Positions 46,345 to 61,300 of a DNA stretch of 64,000 bases are shown piece by piece. Source of the DNA: Phoronis australis (Eukaryota; Animalia; Phoronida); NCBI GenBank assembly GCA_002633005.1, contig NMRA01000905.1, positions 1 through 64,000 on the forward strand, read 5' to 3'. Both the position numbers and the translations under genes were made by a program. The notes under the pieces were generated by a model. The model worked only from the letters and a program-made list of their open reading frames with translations, searched no databases and was not told the origin of the DNA. Each line of letters starts with the position of its first letter. The stretch's first letter is position 1.

Positions 46345-49300
46345 TCATTTGCCAAATCTTTGGTTGCAGTTAGCATATCCTTGTAAAGTCCTAAGGAATG
46401 TTTTGTAGTCTATGTTGAGATGTGACGGAACATGCCTGAAAGCAAGTCGAACAATGTCGTCATCAAGAGAAGTTTTAATTGTCCATACAAATACTAGTGA
46501 GAATCACGGGACTACATATTATAAACAGAATACATGACACAAGAGTAACGCAAGTGTTGAAATATGCCCACGACTGCACCGCAAACGGTTTGGTTCTAGA
46601 GGTGTTGAACCCATCCAACAATGGGAAGGTATCATCAAAACTATTTGCCAACTTTCATGAAAATACATCACAGAACTCCAAAGATACAAAAGCAAACATA
46701 AAAAAGTGCCATTACAAACCACAGTGACAGTCGATTTCATCTATCTGCTGGCAAGTTACTAGAAATACAACTGCAAAATTTCAAAAACATCTTGCAAGGG
46801 GCTTATGAGATACAGCCGTAGATACAAAAAATGTCACTAGGGGGCACCACAGTAGTTAGCCTCTCTTGTCAGTAAGAAGAAGTGCCAATTTTCATAACGA
46901 TCCTCAGCGCGATATGGCAGATACAGAAGCAGAAGCAGAAGACAACAGACTGAAAAATAATTAAAATGACAACTATTTGGTGCAGCAGAATACGTCAAGT
47001 TCACCACAAAAAGGAAAGGTGCTGTTGCTTTCATAATAGAAACTTGTTTGTCAGATTTCAGGAAATAGCATCAAGGAATTCTGGAATTACAGAGGCAAAA
47101 GTAACAATTAAAATTACCACTAGGGAGCACACAAGAAATTCGCTGTCATCTGTGTCACCTCTATGGGAACACATCTGCTAAATTTCAGAAAGATCTTGCA
47201 AAGAGTAAAAGAGATACAGCTGAGGACGCAAAAAAATATTGCCACTAGGGGGTGCCAGAGTAGTTGAACACGCCTGAAAATCAACGTCAGCCTCAGTTTT
47301 CTCATCAGGACCACATCTCCAAATCTTAATAATGATCCTTCAAGTGGTTTGGAGGAGGTGATGTCAAAAACGTACTCAAAAACTTTTTAAATGGCCACCA
47401 GGTGGTGCAGAATAAATCAAATCTGCCTGAAAATGAGAAGGCGTCATCATCTCCTTAATAGAAATCTATTTGCAAAATTTCATGGTTTCAAAAACTGATG
47501 CTCTATGTTGAATCTGTCGGAAAACTGGAACTTGTTGATTCTTACCTATTCTTTAAATTTCATAAAAATCTGCCAAGGAGTTTCAAAGATAGACAACAAA
47601 AAATAAAATTGCCACTAGTGAGGGCACAGCGATAGTCAGATAAATCCTATGTCGTTGTTGTCTTTTGTCAACTTCATATCAATACACTTGTCAAATCCCA
47701 CAGAAGGTTTGGGAGATACAGCCAGACGCAAAAAAACTGCCACTAGGAGGTGCGACGGTAGTCTGAGTTGTCCAAAAATCATCATCAGCCACCTCTTCGC
47801 AGTAGAAACACAAACGCCAATTTTCAAAATCATCCTTAAAGTGGTTTGGTTGATAGAGGGGCAAACGCCAAAAAAAGAATGGAAAGCAGTAAAAATCACC
47901 ACTAGATAACGCAAAATATGTCGAATCCATCCGAAGAACATTCATCGTTTCATTCATATGACAAATTTCATAAAAATCCGCCAAGGAACTTCAGAGAAAA
48001 TGAAAAAAATGAAATTGCCACTAGGAGGCACATCATTCTTCGGATCCACCTGAAAGTCGTCGTCATCCAATGCCAACTTCATATAAATACACTTGCTAAA
48101 TCTAATAAAGATCTTGCAGAGGGTTTAGGAGATGCAGCCATGGCTGAAACAACAAAACAGCCACTAGGTGGTGCCACAGTAATCACAATCGTCGGAAAAT
48201 CACCTCTTCCCAGTAGGAACACACATGCCAATTCTCACAATCATCCTCAGCATGGTTTGGTTGATAGAGGGGCCAATGCCAAAAATCAAACTCGAAAACA
48301 GTAAAAATGGCGACTACGTGAAACAAAATACCTTGAATCCATCCGAAATTTTATGAAAATCCGGTGAGGACATTTGAAGATACAGAGAAAAACATAAAAA
48401 ACTAAAATTGCCACTAGGGGGCACACTGGTAGTCGGATCTGTCCGAAAGTTCGCTCATGCTATCCCATCCATGAAAGGAACACGTGCAAAATTTCATGAA
48501 CAAACATCAAAGGGTTTTGAGATAGGACGGAAAAGGATTACGGCATAATGCGCCCACATATTTATATGTGAGCACATAATTATGAAGCAGAATTACAACT
48601 TTGGGAGGTAGAGATGGAGATGTCAGATTGTCTACAGCAATATGCACTCAAGTACGCACAGGAGGACACATAAAAGAATGGTCATGACATCCTTTTTTAA
48701 CTTAAAAGTTCAGTCAGTGTCTCCCCTTTTAAACATTCATAAGAACAAAATATATACTTACAGTATTTCAGACAGTCTAATCTGCCAAGGTAAGTAACCC
48801 AGCAAGCTATCGACACTGCCAAACCGAACCAACAGGTCTGGGTCTGGAAAGTGCTGATTTTCTGTAAACACACAATGTTTGTAGATGACCAACATGTTGT
48901 AGTTGATGGTGGAACTTGATGCAGGCATACAGGTGATGCTGTCTTATTTTGGTTGGGATATTGCACAGATGTAGACAAGCCAATTACTGATTTAATGACT
49001 AGAAATGTAACAACAACATTTTTTACATTCAAAAACAAGAGCACTTGAGAACTAATGACTGTAAGACTGTGTCTGGCTCAACTACAGACAGAGAAAACAC
49101 TGTAACCAGTAACAAAATGCCAACACTATTCCCTACAATCATATTCACGCCATGACATGTACTCACATCACCTGAGATAAGTAGATGCATGAATGACACA
49201 CGTTGTAAACAAATAGCGTGAAATCTCACAAATTCACTATACAACATAGAGAAGTGAAATTTTATTTTCTTGCTCTTCCTAAAAGAAATCAAGCGCCAAA

Positions 49301-52300
49301 ATAATTGACTTATCATGATTTTTAAGTTTTATGACATAGGTACCAGCAGACAGTGTTTTGTGAACTTGTGGGCATTCACAACAATGTTCAAATTTGGGAT
49401 TAACATAATCCACAAATGGTGAGAGATCACCGTACCCATAATCCTACAAGAGAGCACGAAAGTTTTATTTAATATGAAAATACAATAAGTAGAATAGTGG
49501 ACATTAGTTTAAGATGAATATTTACCTGTGTAATGAGAAGATGTAGGTTGTGAACATTGTACAAGTTCAGAGCAATACTTGTTATTGAACTACCAGATGA
49601 ATGTTTTATGTTTTACATCTAGTAAACACAACACCAATTTTCTTGCCAAAACAACATATCAATGCTTCAACTAAGAATGACTTGCACCATTTGGGACACT
49701 GCAGGACCCCAGAAAAGGCTGAATATATCACAATGCTCGATTTGACAGGATATTTTTCTGAATGGTTAACATTATCTCACTGCAGAGGCGTAATCTTTTG
49801 GAAGTTTATGCACCCCCAGGACACAAGAGGACTAAAGTGGCATTAATAGGGTTGTCATTTTCACTTTGGCCATCTCATGCGAGACACACATCTCTAAGTC
49901 ACGATTGTGTTCCCGGACTGCTTGCGCGCTAACAACAGGACCGATCAGTCAGGGATATTGTTGTGGATATTTGGTACATGTAATAAAGACATCTTACTCG
50001 AAGAATAAACATATTTGTCCACCACAAAGTTTTCACACGACTTGCTTACAAGTCACTAGGAGGGCTGTTCTCGGTTAGTGTTCTCTTGAATTTGGATTTG
50101 GAAACAACCACACGGTCGGGTTAACAAGAGTTGCTTTATATTTGCCAGGTATCTGCTGAGAAGTGTAAAAACTCAGCTCGTTGGAAATTCCACATTGCAT
50201 TTTGCGACTTGATACAAGCGGACAAAAGTCTCAGCTCGCATTTCCAAATTTCAGGTTGCAAATGTGACCTGCAGCTCGTTATGTCGAGTCACGGCTAATG
50301 CTGTTAAGGTGTTCAAAAGAACATTACCCTGTGATGCTTTTTGACATAATCCCTACACTGCCTGCCTAATTTTCGGGTGCAAAACAGTGCAATAGCCACC
50401 TACAGGAGTCCCGTATTTTGAGAACCAGTTTGATGCCTGTTATTCAGAGGAGGAAACTGGTTCTCAAAATGTGGGACCCAAAGTGACGAATACCCAAAAC
50501 AAGGCATACTCACCCTCAATATATGTCTGAACTTGTGATAATGTGAGCTGTTGAGCACAGCGCTTCTCATGTAAGGTCTGTTCACATAGACTCTTAGTCA
50601 CTTCAACTAGGTAATTTCTGCCATCCTTAGGAGACAGAATGTATATATTTGTTCTTGATGGCTGGGAAGAATCTAAAACAAGTTGGCATAAATAGTGAGA
50701 TGGAACCAATTGATGCTGAAATATCGAAAAACTATATAGCAATGTAAGCACAAGAACTTGTACATGACTAACCAGGACATTCATAATAATTTGCTACCCT
50801 TAAGAACACTGAATATCGAAAAACTATATAGCAATGTAAGCACAAGAACTTGTACATGACTACCCAGGACATTCATAAACTATATAGCAATGTAAGCACA
50901 AGAACTTGTACATGACTAACCAGGACATTCATAATAATTTGCTGCCCTTAAGAACACCACCATATCCAACTTATTAAATTTTTAAATCAAAAGTTAAGAA
51001 CTCCTTAGGAAATTTCCAAAAAGTACCCACAGGTGCTCATAAAATATGTAACACAATTTGAGACAACTTGCTAGCAAACTCCAATGACAACAGAAGGAAC
51101 TGCAACGTCCTCAATCAGCTGAACCCACATCCACAATTTTAAATATGTTCGCTTTTAAAATCCAAGCCTCGACTATACATCCATCTTAAATTTATTTATT
51201 CCAGACATTCGTTCATATACAGTCAACAACAATCTATGGACAACTTCAGCTGACAAAACCCGTACAACTGAACTCGCTTACATTCAACATATAAACGATA
51301 CGATGCTTCGTCAGGCTCAAGCACGTGAACTACCTAACATTACAGCATGAATTAAACCTTGTGTAAATGCCCAAACCTGGCTTATTAAAAAATCATAGCC
51401 CCATGCCAGACTTTACACTCACTGCTTTTGTAATGTTAGAGTTTCTCAATTTAAAGACCTTGAGTGTTAACTAAGACAAGTATGGCAAATTCGTAAAATC
51501 GTATACTTACTTTTCTGAACATCGGGCTCGCCTAATCCCCCCATATGTATTGTGGGTTGACTTCTCTGGTTGCCGGACATTTTCTGGCAGTCCATAATTT
51601 CACTACATAATAATGACTGATTTCTTTTAATATTTCCTGTGAAAACAAGAGTTTACTGATCACTTAGATGAATACAAAGCACTTTTACATCAACTGTGGG
51701 CAGTAAAGGTGAATCAGCTAGACACACCGTCAGCCACCCACAGCTCAAGGGAGAGCAATGATTTCCCACAGACCAAGCAGCCAAAGACTGTATATTTCAG
51801 CCCCAAAACTACTACAAGCTCATAACTGAAAGAAATAATTAATCCACTACCAGTAGGAAACTCTCACATACTGAGTAACACTACTAGTATTGGACCGTGA
51901 AGAAACACCTTATAATACCATATAAAATGGAAATTTAAAAATGAGTCTTTCTCACACATTTCTCTACCTAAACCAATGTCATGGTGTAGTTGCCAATCTA
52001 ATCAGTCATGGCTAATCATTTCCCTAGTGGATTGTACTTGATTTCATTGATCACCCACAAACAAAACAAAACAGAATCCTGGCTTCACAGGCAGACAATA
52101 GAGCATTGCACAAGGGTGTCTCCCAGTTCCTCTGAGCTCGGTCTTACTAGTGAATGTTTGCAAGGGTGTCGATTAGAACCTGGATATAATGCAAAAGCGA
52201 CTCCTGGAGATGGGCTTAATATTTAAGAAAAAAATAACTGTCGGAGTTCTGATTTTGGAATTGTGGACATTCAAAGTAGTGAATTTTCGAAGGTGGCAAA

Positions 52301-55300
52301 CTTTAGGAGTAGTGGACCTTCGGAGTAGCGAACCTTCGGACTAGTGGCATCTAACCTTGGAAATCTTTTCCACTTAGTTGCTCGTATGAAGTCTGTGAGG
52401 CTGTGCACCATTTACAATATAGACAAGAGAAGTCTACCTTCATTGTCCAACGTTTAGACCTACTTTTCCCCAAAAATGTGAACATGCTCGTCGGTGTTTT
52501 CTCAGCGCAAGAAAAACACAGTTATAGTTAAATTCTGGTTTTTGAGTAACGATGGAGTGCTGCCTACAGTTAACTTACTGTCAGCTTCTATTGAATTTAA
52601 AAGACGGGAACACACACACGTGTACAAGCATGCATGTCAATCCACCAATATACAATCGAAGTGGACACTGGATGAAAAACATACCTGTACTTGACAAACA
52701 CTTTCAATTCCAAATTTGAAAACGCCTGCCCTTTACCATACTATGCTAGCAAGCAATATCACATAACACACCTATTTTCTGCTGTTTTGTTTCTTGGTCA
52801 ATTTTAAGGCATTCACATCGCACTACTTTTTGGGAGCTCTCTTACTGCTATAGCTTAGTTAGGTATAGACATTTACTTCTTAACTCCCTTGTTACCTACA
52901 GTGTAACCACCACGTGTGTTCAGTGCCAATGAGTAACATAAACATGGGCGGCACAGCATTCAAAAAAGTGGCGAGACTAAAGCCCCCAGCCCCCTGTGGT
53001 GCACCACCTATAGACCATGGGCGGCGCTGCACTGAAAAAAGTGAGGGCTATAGTCCCCCCAGCCCCCTATGGTGCGCCGCCCATGATTAAAGCCTCCTCC
53101 TCTAACCGTCTGCACGATCCTGTCATTTACGCAAATACAACTCGGGAGAAGTTGGCCGGGTTCAACCAGATGGATACGTGAAGCGCTTTGAATCAGAAGC
53201 AAATTTATAATTATTACTAACTCAGTTATCATTGTAGTTAGCAGTAGCTCCAACAATTTTGTTGTTGTCCATCTGAATCCTATCTTTAACGGATAGTCTG
53301 GGGCTGGACCTTTTCCACAGAGGGGGGTTCCAGGCCCGTAGCCTGCATTGCGCGGGGGGTGGTTTGAATTTCTAGTATGGTGGACCTTTGATATTGTAAC
53401 AGGAATGATCTCATCTGTCTCTGTATTAGCATGACACCTGCTGGTCATTGTTGGTACTAGTGCATTCATACATTTTGGGCATACCTTATTTGGTAAGGGA
53501 CCATGAATTCCAAGAACTTTAATTTGGTGACTTGTCATTGGCATGGTTTGTCCTGTGACAGCATCTATAAATAGTAGGCCGCTTCGTGGTTTTTGGAGTT
53601 TGGTCACTTTTTCTAGTGACATTTCGGCTCAACCAAATTCAACCGAGGCGGAGCTCGCTTTAAAGAATGCGTAAGCGCACAAAGGTTTAGTCCCTTAAAC
53701 TTTCGGCTATATCTCTAAATTCACCCCTACTCCAAAAGCAAGTGATCGCTCTCATAGTTCTCCCCACAAAACGCTGGGGCTTAACTGTCTAACAAGATGC
53801 ATCATCACAAATGCACACTCACCGCATTTACACCTCAGAACAAAGACCCGACAATGTTTGACAACGAAACTCAGGATTGCTTGTGAGTAAACGTACTAGC
53901 GACTGTTACTGTTTTGTTTAGTTAATAAACGCTGCATACTACTACAACATGGCAATTGTTTCCTTTGACTTGAGAGTTCATTCATTTTAATACTAAAATA
54001 GTTCACAAGTCCTGTCCATGCTCGATAACGAGACACACCCCAGCATCCCGATTACAATATTTTGCAAGCATCAACACTATAGTTTTCGGTAAGGCCCTTG
54101 ACACAGCTTAACTAGGGGAGAGGAAAATCTGTATACACAACGACGAGTCTCAGCTCTATGTTCCCAAGATCAGACAGAATTCAGAATACCAGAAATGAGG
54201 ATGCCCTGACGATTGCTCACAAAGAGCGGGACCCAAATTCAGAGGTAATGTGGTCCAGAAAGAGAACGTTCCCGCGTTACCCCAGCCCTGCCAAACTTTC
54301 AAACCAGGCGTGCTTAAATGGGTGATTACACCTCATTACATACTCGGATGAAACTATTTAATTGGAGAATGATCGACTTGAATATTTTGATCTGGTTGTA
54401 TTTTGCGTGTAACTTAACTTGCTTACATCGCTAAAAATGGGAACAGCCCAGTATTCCAAAGGTTCACTACTCTGAAGGTTCACTACTCCGAAAATATCTA
54501 AAATTTCAGACTTGGGTGTATCAAATATACTTTTACCTGCAAAAATAGACACTTCGGTTATTATATGCACTAGGTGGTGTAGATATGCTCAAACAACGCC
54601 CGGATTTCCTGCGTATACAAAATTGCCTGCATCCTGCAAGCAATTTCGAATATGGAAAATGAGTACATACTTGAATTTTTAAAAGAATATGAAGTAGGAA
54701 TATTGATGAATTATCAACCACGATACATCAACACCCAATGTTGTCCCTGCTTGAGACTGAATGAATTGTTAGTTAGATTCAAGATTCACAATTGGCAGTG
54801 ACTGGAACTGAGCTCATTTGTAAACAATGTAATCAAAGTTTTAAGAACTATTCAACTTTTGCACACTCTTTAAATGGTTACTAAATGGACAGTACTTTTC
54901 TCTTGTCAGTTCCAACTTATTAGCATGGAGTAGTGAACCTTCAGAATAGTGACAAGTAACCTTGGAAATCTCTTCCATCAAGTTTGATGATCGTATGACG
55001 CCTTCGAGGCTGTGCGCCATTGGCACTGATTGACGAGAAAAGACTTTCTTCATTGACCAAAGTTTTTAATAGATCTAGACCTACTTTTGCCTAATAATAT
55101 AAACATGCTCGTCGGAGTTTTCTTAGTGCAAGAAAATATGGTAGTTCATGTGCGGCACAGCACTGAAAACAGTGAGGGCTATAGTATCCCCCCAACCCCC
55201 TATGGTGCACCGCTCATGTAGTTAAATCAAGGAGTGTATTGTACTACACTCCTTGGTGAAATGTCCGATTTTTTGAGTGACGACGGAGGACTACCTATGG

Positions 55301-58300
55301 TGAGCTTAATTATCATCGGCGTGTACTGAATTTGAAAGAATGGAATCGCACACACGTGAACACACATGCATGGCATCCACCAATCTACAACTAAAGTGGA
55401 AAATAGAAAATGTCTGCACTTTACCATATTCAGCCACTATCAAAACAGCAGATAACAAACCTACTTTCTGCTATTTTGTTTCTTGCTCTATTCTAAAGCA
55501 TTCACACAGCACTAATGGGAGCTCTCTGGCTGCTACACAGCCTACCTTAGCTATAGGTACAGACAATTCTTCTGGACTCCTTTATTACCCTATTTTGTTG
55601 TAGCTCACTACCTGGTTCAATGTTGATGAATAATATAAAGCCTCCTCTAATTCTCTGCACAATCCTATCATCAAGCACCATTCTGGCCGAAATTGACCAG
55701 GTACAGTCCCATGATTACAAGAAGTAAATTCAAAGTATAATTGACTTATTATTATATTATTGTATTTAGTATAACCAATAGCTGCAACAAATTTTTTGTT
55801 GTTGTCCATCTATATCTAATCCCGTAAAGGCGAGGCTGGACCTACCTTTTCCTCGAACCCCCTCTCACTATGGGCCTGATATTGATTGAAGGAGCATTTG
55901 TTTAAATTTGAAAGAATTAAAGACAAAACCAACCTCCCAAGGTGTCCCTCTGGCTTGTGCTCAATAGGCACCAAAAGCAACGCCACTTTGATGCTTTAAT
56001 GAGGCATACTTTGCTAAAAGGCTTCCAGCTAAATTAGGGTGTGCCATCACCTAGGGCTAGGGGATCCCCAATTCAAGTCTTGCCATGTTCGCAGATTTTT
56101 TAACACAGTCTGAATAAGCCTTGGTGCAAAGTTGTATACTAAATATACAGCTTTGCCCTGATGTGGGTAAAAAATAACCAAATAAAATCTGATACAAAAT
56201 TAGTGTCATTAGTTACCGGTGTTGGAAAAAGTGGCGTTCTACTGTTATTCTGCTACTACAGTTGTGGTGCAATCTTTTACATCGGCTTTCGGCGCCATGA
56301 AATATTGCATCATCTATTGGCCAGTTTCTTTTTTCCAAAATTTTAGGATATGTCGTGTGCGCGTCTCGAGCGTAGTGTTTTCAAACGATGATTGACTTTT
56401 CTTACAACAAAAGCCAGGGAATTACAGTGTTCTCCACAAGCTGTTTTTACTCGACGCTGAAACGAGTTTGGATTTTGCCGCGCATCAAGTTTAAAAATTG
56501 CTGCGCCAGGTTTAACCCTTTGGCTGGCTTGGCACTTCAGGCCTCAGCACCAAAGCAGAGCCAGATCTTACCAACATCAAGCCCAATTCAGTACTTCTAA
56601 TGTAGTTAACAACATATGTGTAACTTTTCATGACATTACAAGAGTGTAAACTATAAAGCAGGGCTCGACATAACGAGCTGCAGGTCGCATTTGCGACCAG
56701 AAATTTGGAAATGCGAGCTGAGATTTTTGTCAGCTCGTATCAAGTCGCAAAATGTGACCTGGAATTTCCAACGAATGCGAGCTGAGTTTTTACACTTCTC
56801 AACAGATACCTGGCAAATACAAAGCAGTTCTTGTTAATCCGACCATTATTTGGTTGTTGCCAAATCCAAGTTCAAAACAACACTAACCGAGAACAGCCCT
56901 CCCGATGACTTGTAAGCAAGTCACGTGAACATGGGATATGCAGAATCGATCTTTGACGCGTTGGCTAACACTTTCGGCCACTTTTGTAAATTCCCGGATT
57001 CGCCGAAGAAAGTTTCGGGCCTCTGCTTAACACGTGATAAAACTTCACAAAACAACGGTGTTTCTACTAATTCTTAAGCAATCAACTTACCAAACTTTGT
57101 GGTGGACAAAAATGTTTATTTTTCACATAAGATGTCCTTATTACATGTACCGAATATCCACGACAATATCCCTGATATCGCACTGCTGCACCGTTAGCGT
57201 GCAAGCGGTCCCGGCAGACAATCGTGACTTAGACTGAGATGTGCTTCTCCTTTTTATCGTATTAAGACAGCCAAAGTGAAAATGACAACCTTATTAATCG
57301 CCAAACGACGGTCACGTCTTTACTTTCAGTTGCCAAGAAATTCTGAGACCCTTTACTTGTTTCTGGGGCTACGTGCGCGAAATATGATTCGTCTTTCACA
57401 CGTTGTTGTCAACGTAAAGTGTAGGCCTTCTCCAGCGATTCAAGTGCGTGAACTCATGCGTGCGCAACATTTCAAACAACAACGACAGTCCTAAATGAAA
57501 GAGTATACCCGTCCCGCTTGGCTCTGGTTATTTTGAAAATGAACTCAGATTCCCAGCGGTTATAAAAGACCCGATGTCCCGGGACCGATATAACCCAGAA
57601 GGGGTGTTCCTGTTCCGATGATTCCCTAGGTCGATGTTCTGTAAACCCTGTATTCTATGCCCGTAGCCAGCTATTGCAACTAAACTGGCACTAGATGCGA
57701 AATTGTGCTTCAAGTTAGCGAACATTCTTCTTTTTATATACCCCCCCTCGGCAACTTTTCGCTCCCCGAACCACCGTCGCCGTAAAATGTTCAGACTCCT
57801 ATAGAAACAACCTTGTTCCGGCTGAAGCGGGCAGTTAAAAACAAAATCATTCCGGGTGGCTAAAAAGGGTACAATGTAGGTGGTAACAATATCCAGAAAG
57901 TCACACCTACTAGATGGAGTTTGCCTCGCAAAATCATATTATTATAACGTTTCTTACCATTGTAGGGTTTTAATATCTTATTACCGCAAACACTGAGGTT
58001 AACGACTACGCTCACGCACAAGCCTACTCCCTACCTTTAAAGTGTTTCATAATAAGCGCTCACTGATCTATTAAAAGTCCCCCCTTAAATTTTGAGAATT
58101 TCAAATTAAGTGCCCACACTTCAAGCTAGCGCCCATGATAGCGCACTACAAACGACCGCGTGTGGTTTAAAATTGACACGCAGCTTATATGGTGTGTCAC
58201 TTTCATTTTACACAACTTCAGTTTTCAAAAACGTCTTTTCACAATATGTAAAAACCAAATCCCGGCTTTGTTTTATACCTCGGAAAGAAAGTTAACACTA

Positions 58301-61300
58301 GTGACATGCGTGTCGTTTTGTGACTGACTTATTTTTCCCGTACTTGGAAGGTATTGAGAAGCAAACTCGCCATTACCCGAGTTAGTTAGTTTGAATCGTT
58401 AACGACTTTGATGACAGCCAGTAGCGGGCCAAATGTAACAAAATCCCGGATACTTTTTCAACGGGCATTTTCTCCCTTTTCACATCGCAAATTTAGCTAC
58501 TCGAATGCACAAGTCAGTTAGGGAGCACTGATTCAACTTTCACGTCGGCAACTTGCCTTGCGCTCTAGAGTCTTTCAATGGCGGTCGTGAAGAACAGTAA
58601 GGCCGTACCTGCATGAATGAAGTCAATTTTGAGATCCGAAATTTGTGGGTATTTAAAGCTGCAGGTGAGAGCATAACCTAAACATTTTCTCGATGATCTA
58701 AAAAATCTTTTTTGGCGCGTAAAAATGGCGGGAAAATTTTGCGACCTGGCATTTACAAATGCGAGCTAGATTTTGAAAATGCGACCAGGGATTTTGGCTA
58801 GGTCGCAAAATGCGACCTGACGATTTTAATAGCGTCGAGCTCTGTAAAGTGATACAATTCTTTACATAACATGGAGTTAACTGACTTGCTTAAACAAATG
58901 ACTAATCTTTGTCATTCTAACCTTAAAATTTTGCATTTGAACTTCTAAATAGCAATTTGATTTGCTTTATGAAGACAATTTTGATTTTGACTGACATCTG
59001 TTGGCAAGTTAGAACATATTAGCTTATTCAACCTGACAACAGGTGTCACTGAAAATTAGGTCACACCAGACAGGGCTTGACATAACGCAAATGCGACCTG
59101 AAATTTGAAAATGCAAGCTGAGATTTTTGTCAGCTCGTATCAAGTCGCAAAATGCGACCTGGAATTTCCAACGAATGCAAGCTGAGTTTTTACACAAGTT
59201 TCTTGGCAGATACCTGGCAAATATAAAGCAACTCTTGTTAATCCGTTATTTGGTTGTTGCCAAATCCAAGTTCAAAAGAACACTAACCGAGAACAGCCCT
59301 CCCGATGACTTGTAAGCAAGTCGCGTGAACATGGGATTTGCAGAATCGATTTTTGGCTAACATTTTTGACCACTTTTGCAAATTTCCGGATTCGCCGAAG
59401 AAAGTTTTGGGCAGCTGCATAACACGTGATAAAACGTCACAAAACAGCGGTGTTTCTACTAATTCTTAAGCGAGAACTTACCAAACTTTGTGGTGGACAA
59501 ATATGTTTATTTTTTGATGTCCTTATTTCATGTACCAAATATCCACGACAATATCCCTGATATCGCCTGTGGCACTGGTCGGACCCGTTGTTAGCGTGCA
59601 AGCGGTCCCGACAGACAATTGTGACTTAGCGATGTGCATCTCGTTTTTATTGCATAAGACAGCCAAAGTGAAAATAACAACCCTATTAATCGCCAAACGA
59701 CGGCCACGTCTTTACTATCAGTTGCCAAGAAATTCTCAAACCCTTTACTTGTTTCCGAGGCTATGGACGTGCGCGAAATATGATTTGTCTTTCACTAATC
59801 ACACGTTGTTACCAACGTAAAGTGTAGATCTACTCCAGCGATTCAAGTGTGTGAACTCAGGCGTGCGCACCACTTCAAAGCTGCACATTAAAAGAGAACA
59901 CCGACAGTCCTAAATGAAATAGAATACCGGCTTGGCTCTGTCAAGCACCCGGGTGCCAGTGGTTTATTTGAAAAAGGAACTCATAGATTACCGGCAGTTA
60001 TAAAAGACCCCATGCCTTACGGAACCGATATAACCCAGGACTGATATTTTCCTGTCCCCATATTTCCCAAGGTCAAGGTTCCCAAAACTCTATAGTCGAT
60101 CTATGCCTGTAGCCAGCTATTACAACTAAATGGATATTAGATGCAAAATTGTGGTTAGCGAAACTTTTTACTCTTCCCCCCTCGGCAACTTTTCACTCCC
60201 CGGACCACCGTTACCATAAAATGTTCATTATTCCGGGTGGCTACAAAGGGTACAGTGTAGGTGGTAATGACATAGAGAAAGTCACCCCTACTAGATGGAA
60301 TTTGCCTCGCAAAATCGGATTATTATGACATTTCTTACCATTGCAGTCTTTTAATATCTTGTTACCGCAAACAGTCAGGATAACGACTATGCTCACCCAC
60401 AAGCCTACTCCCTACCTTTGAAGTGTTTCCTGAATAAGTGCTCACTATCTACAAAGCGTTCCCCCTCCACTTCTGAGAATTTCCAATTAAGCGCACAACA
60501 AACGACCGGTTTAAAATTGACACATAGCCGATATGGTGTGTCACACAACAAATTCAGTTTTAAAAAAAAAACGTCTTTTCTCAATATGTAAAAACAAAAT
60601 TACGGCTTTATTTTATACTTCCGAAAAAAGTTAACACTAGTGACAAGCGTGTCATTTTGTGACTGACCTATTTTTCTCGTACTTGGAAAGTATTGAGGAG
60701 CAAACTCGCCATTACCCGATGGAAACCCGCACGGAGGGAGTCGGGAATTATTTCGAGGCTATATTCATTTCATGGAAAACTAATTCTTGAGTACGTAAAC
60801 AGCATAAGTACCTTTTTGTGGTGAAATTTGCACTGAATTGTTCCCGCCCATCCAAATAGGTCATTCGGTTAGGGCTTCGTTTCACGAATTTTTTTCCACT
60901 GATGTTTTTCAAACATTGATTTAAGTAGCAAATTTTGGGCTGCGAACAAAAAGTGGAGGGAATTTGCACTCCGAGTTAGTTTGAATCTTTAACGACTTTG
61001 ATGACAGCCAGTAGCAGGTCAGACCCAGCAAAATCCTGGATACTTTTTCAACGAGCATTTTCTCCCTTTTCACATCGCAAACTTAGCTACTCTCGAGTTC
61101 CGAATAGTCGTATCTATACAATTATTTATTTCAGACTCGTTTTCCGGTCTATATGACGCTTATTCGGGTCTCTACGTTTATTAATTTTCTCACCTTCTTC
61201 CAATTTCCACGATTATTTAATTTAGCAAGTTCACAACTCTTCGTTCATTCAATACAAATTTGTTACACAAAAACTCTGAAGCCGACACCGGGTATCATAC

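Larger units (their letters stand above)
52357..55850 (+). repeat. Two diverged direct copies of an ~800-bp segment (52357-53312 and 54961-55850) in NUS1 intron 1
   Basis: Collinear shared blocks: CTTGGAAATCT, AACATGCTCGTCGG, GGCATTCACA/AGCATTCACA, GGGAGCTCTC, AAAGCCTCCTC, ATTTTTGTTGTTGTCCATCT, GGCTGGACCT. Confidence 0.75.

Noticed and set aside
47636-48304. Overlapping 86-128-aa ORFs
   Set aside because: They are translations of the degenerate tandem units of the HINE-like element, with no Rep/helicase motifs.
53008-53622. 204-aa - strand ORF
   Set aside because: It runs through a MITE, a duplicated segment and another repeat fragment inside NUS1 intron 1. No domain was recognised.
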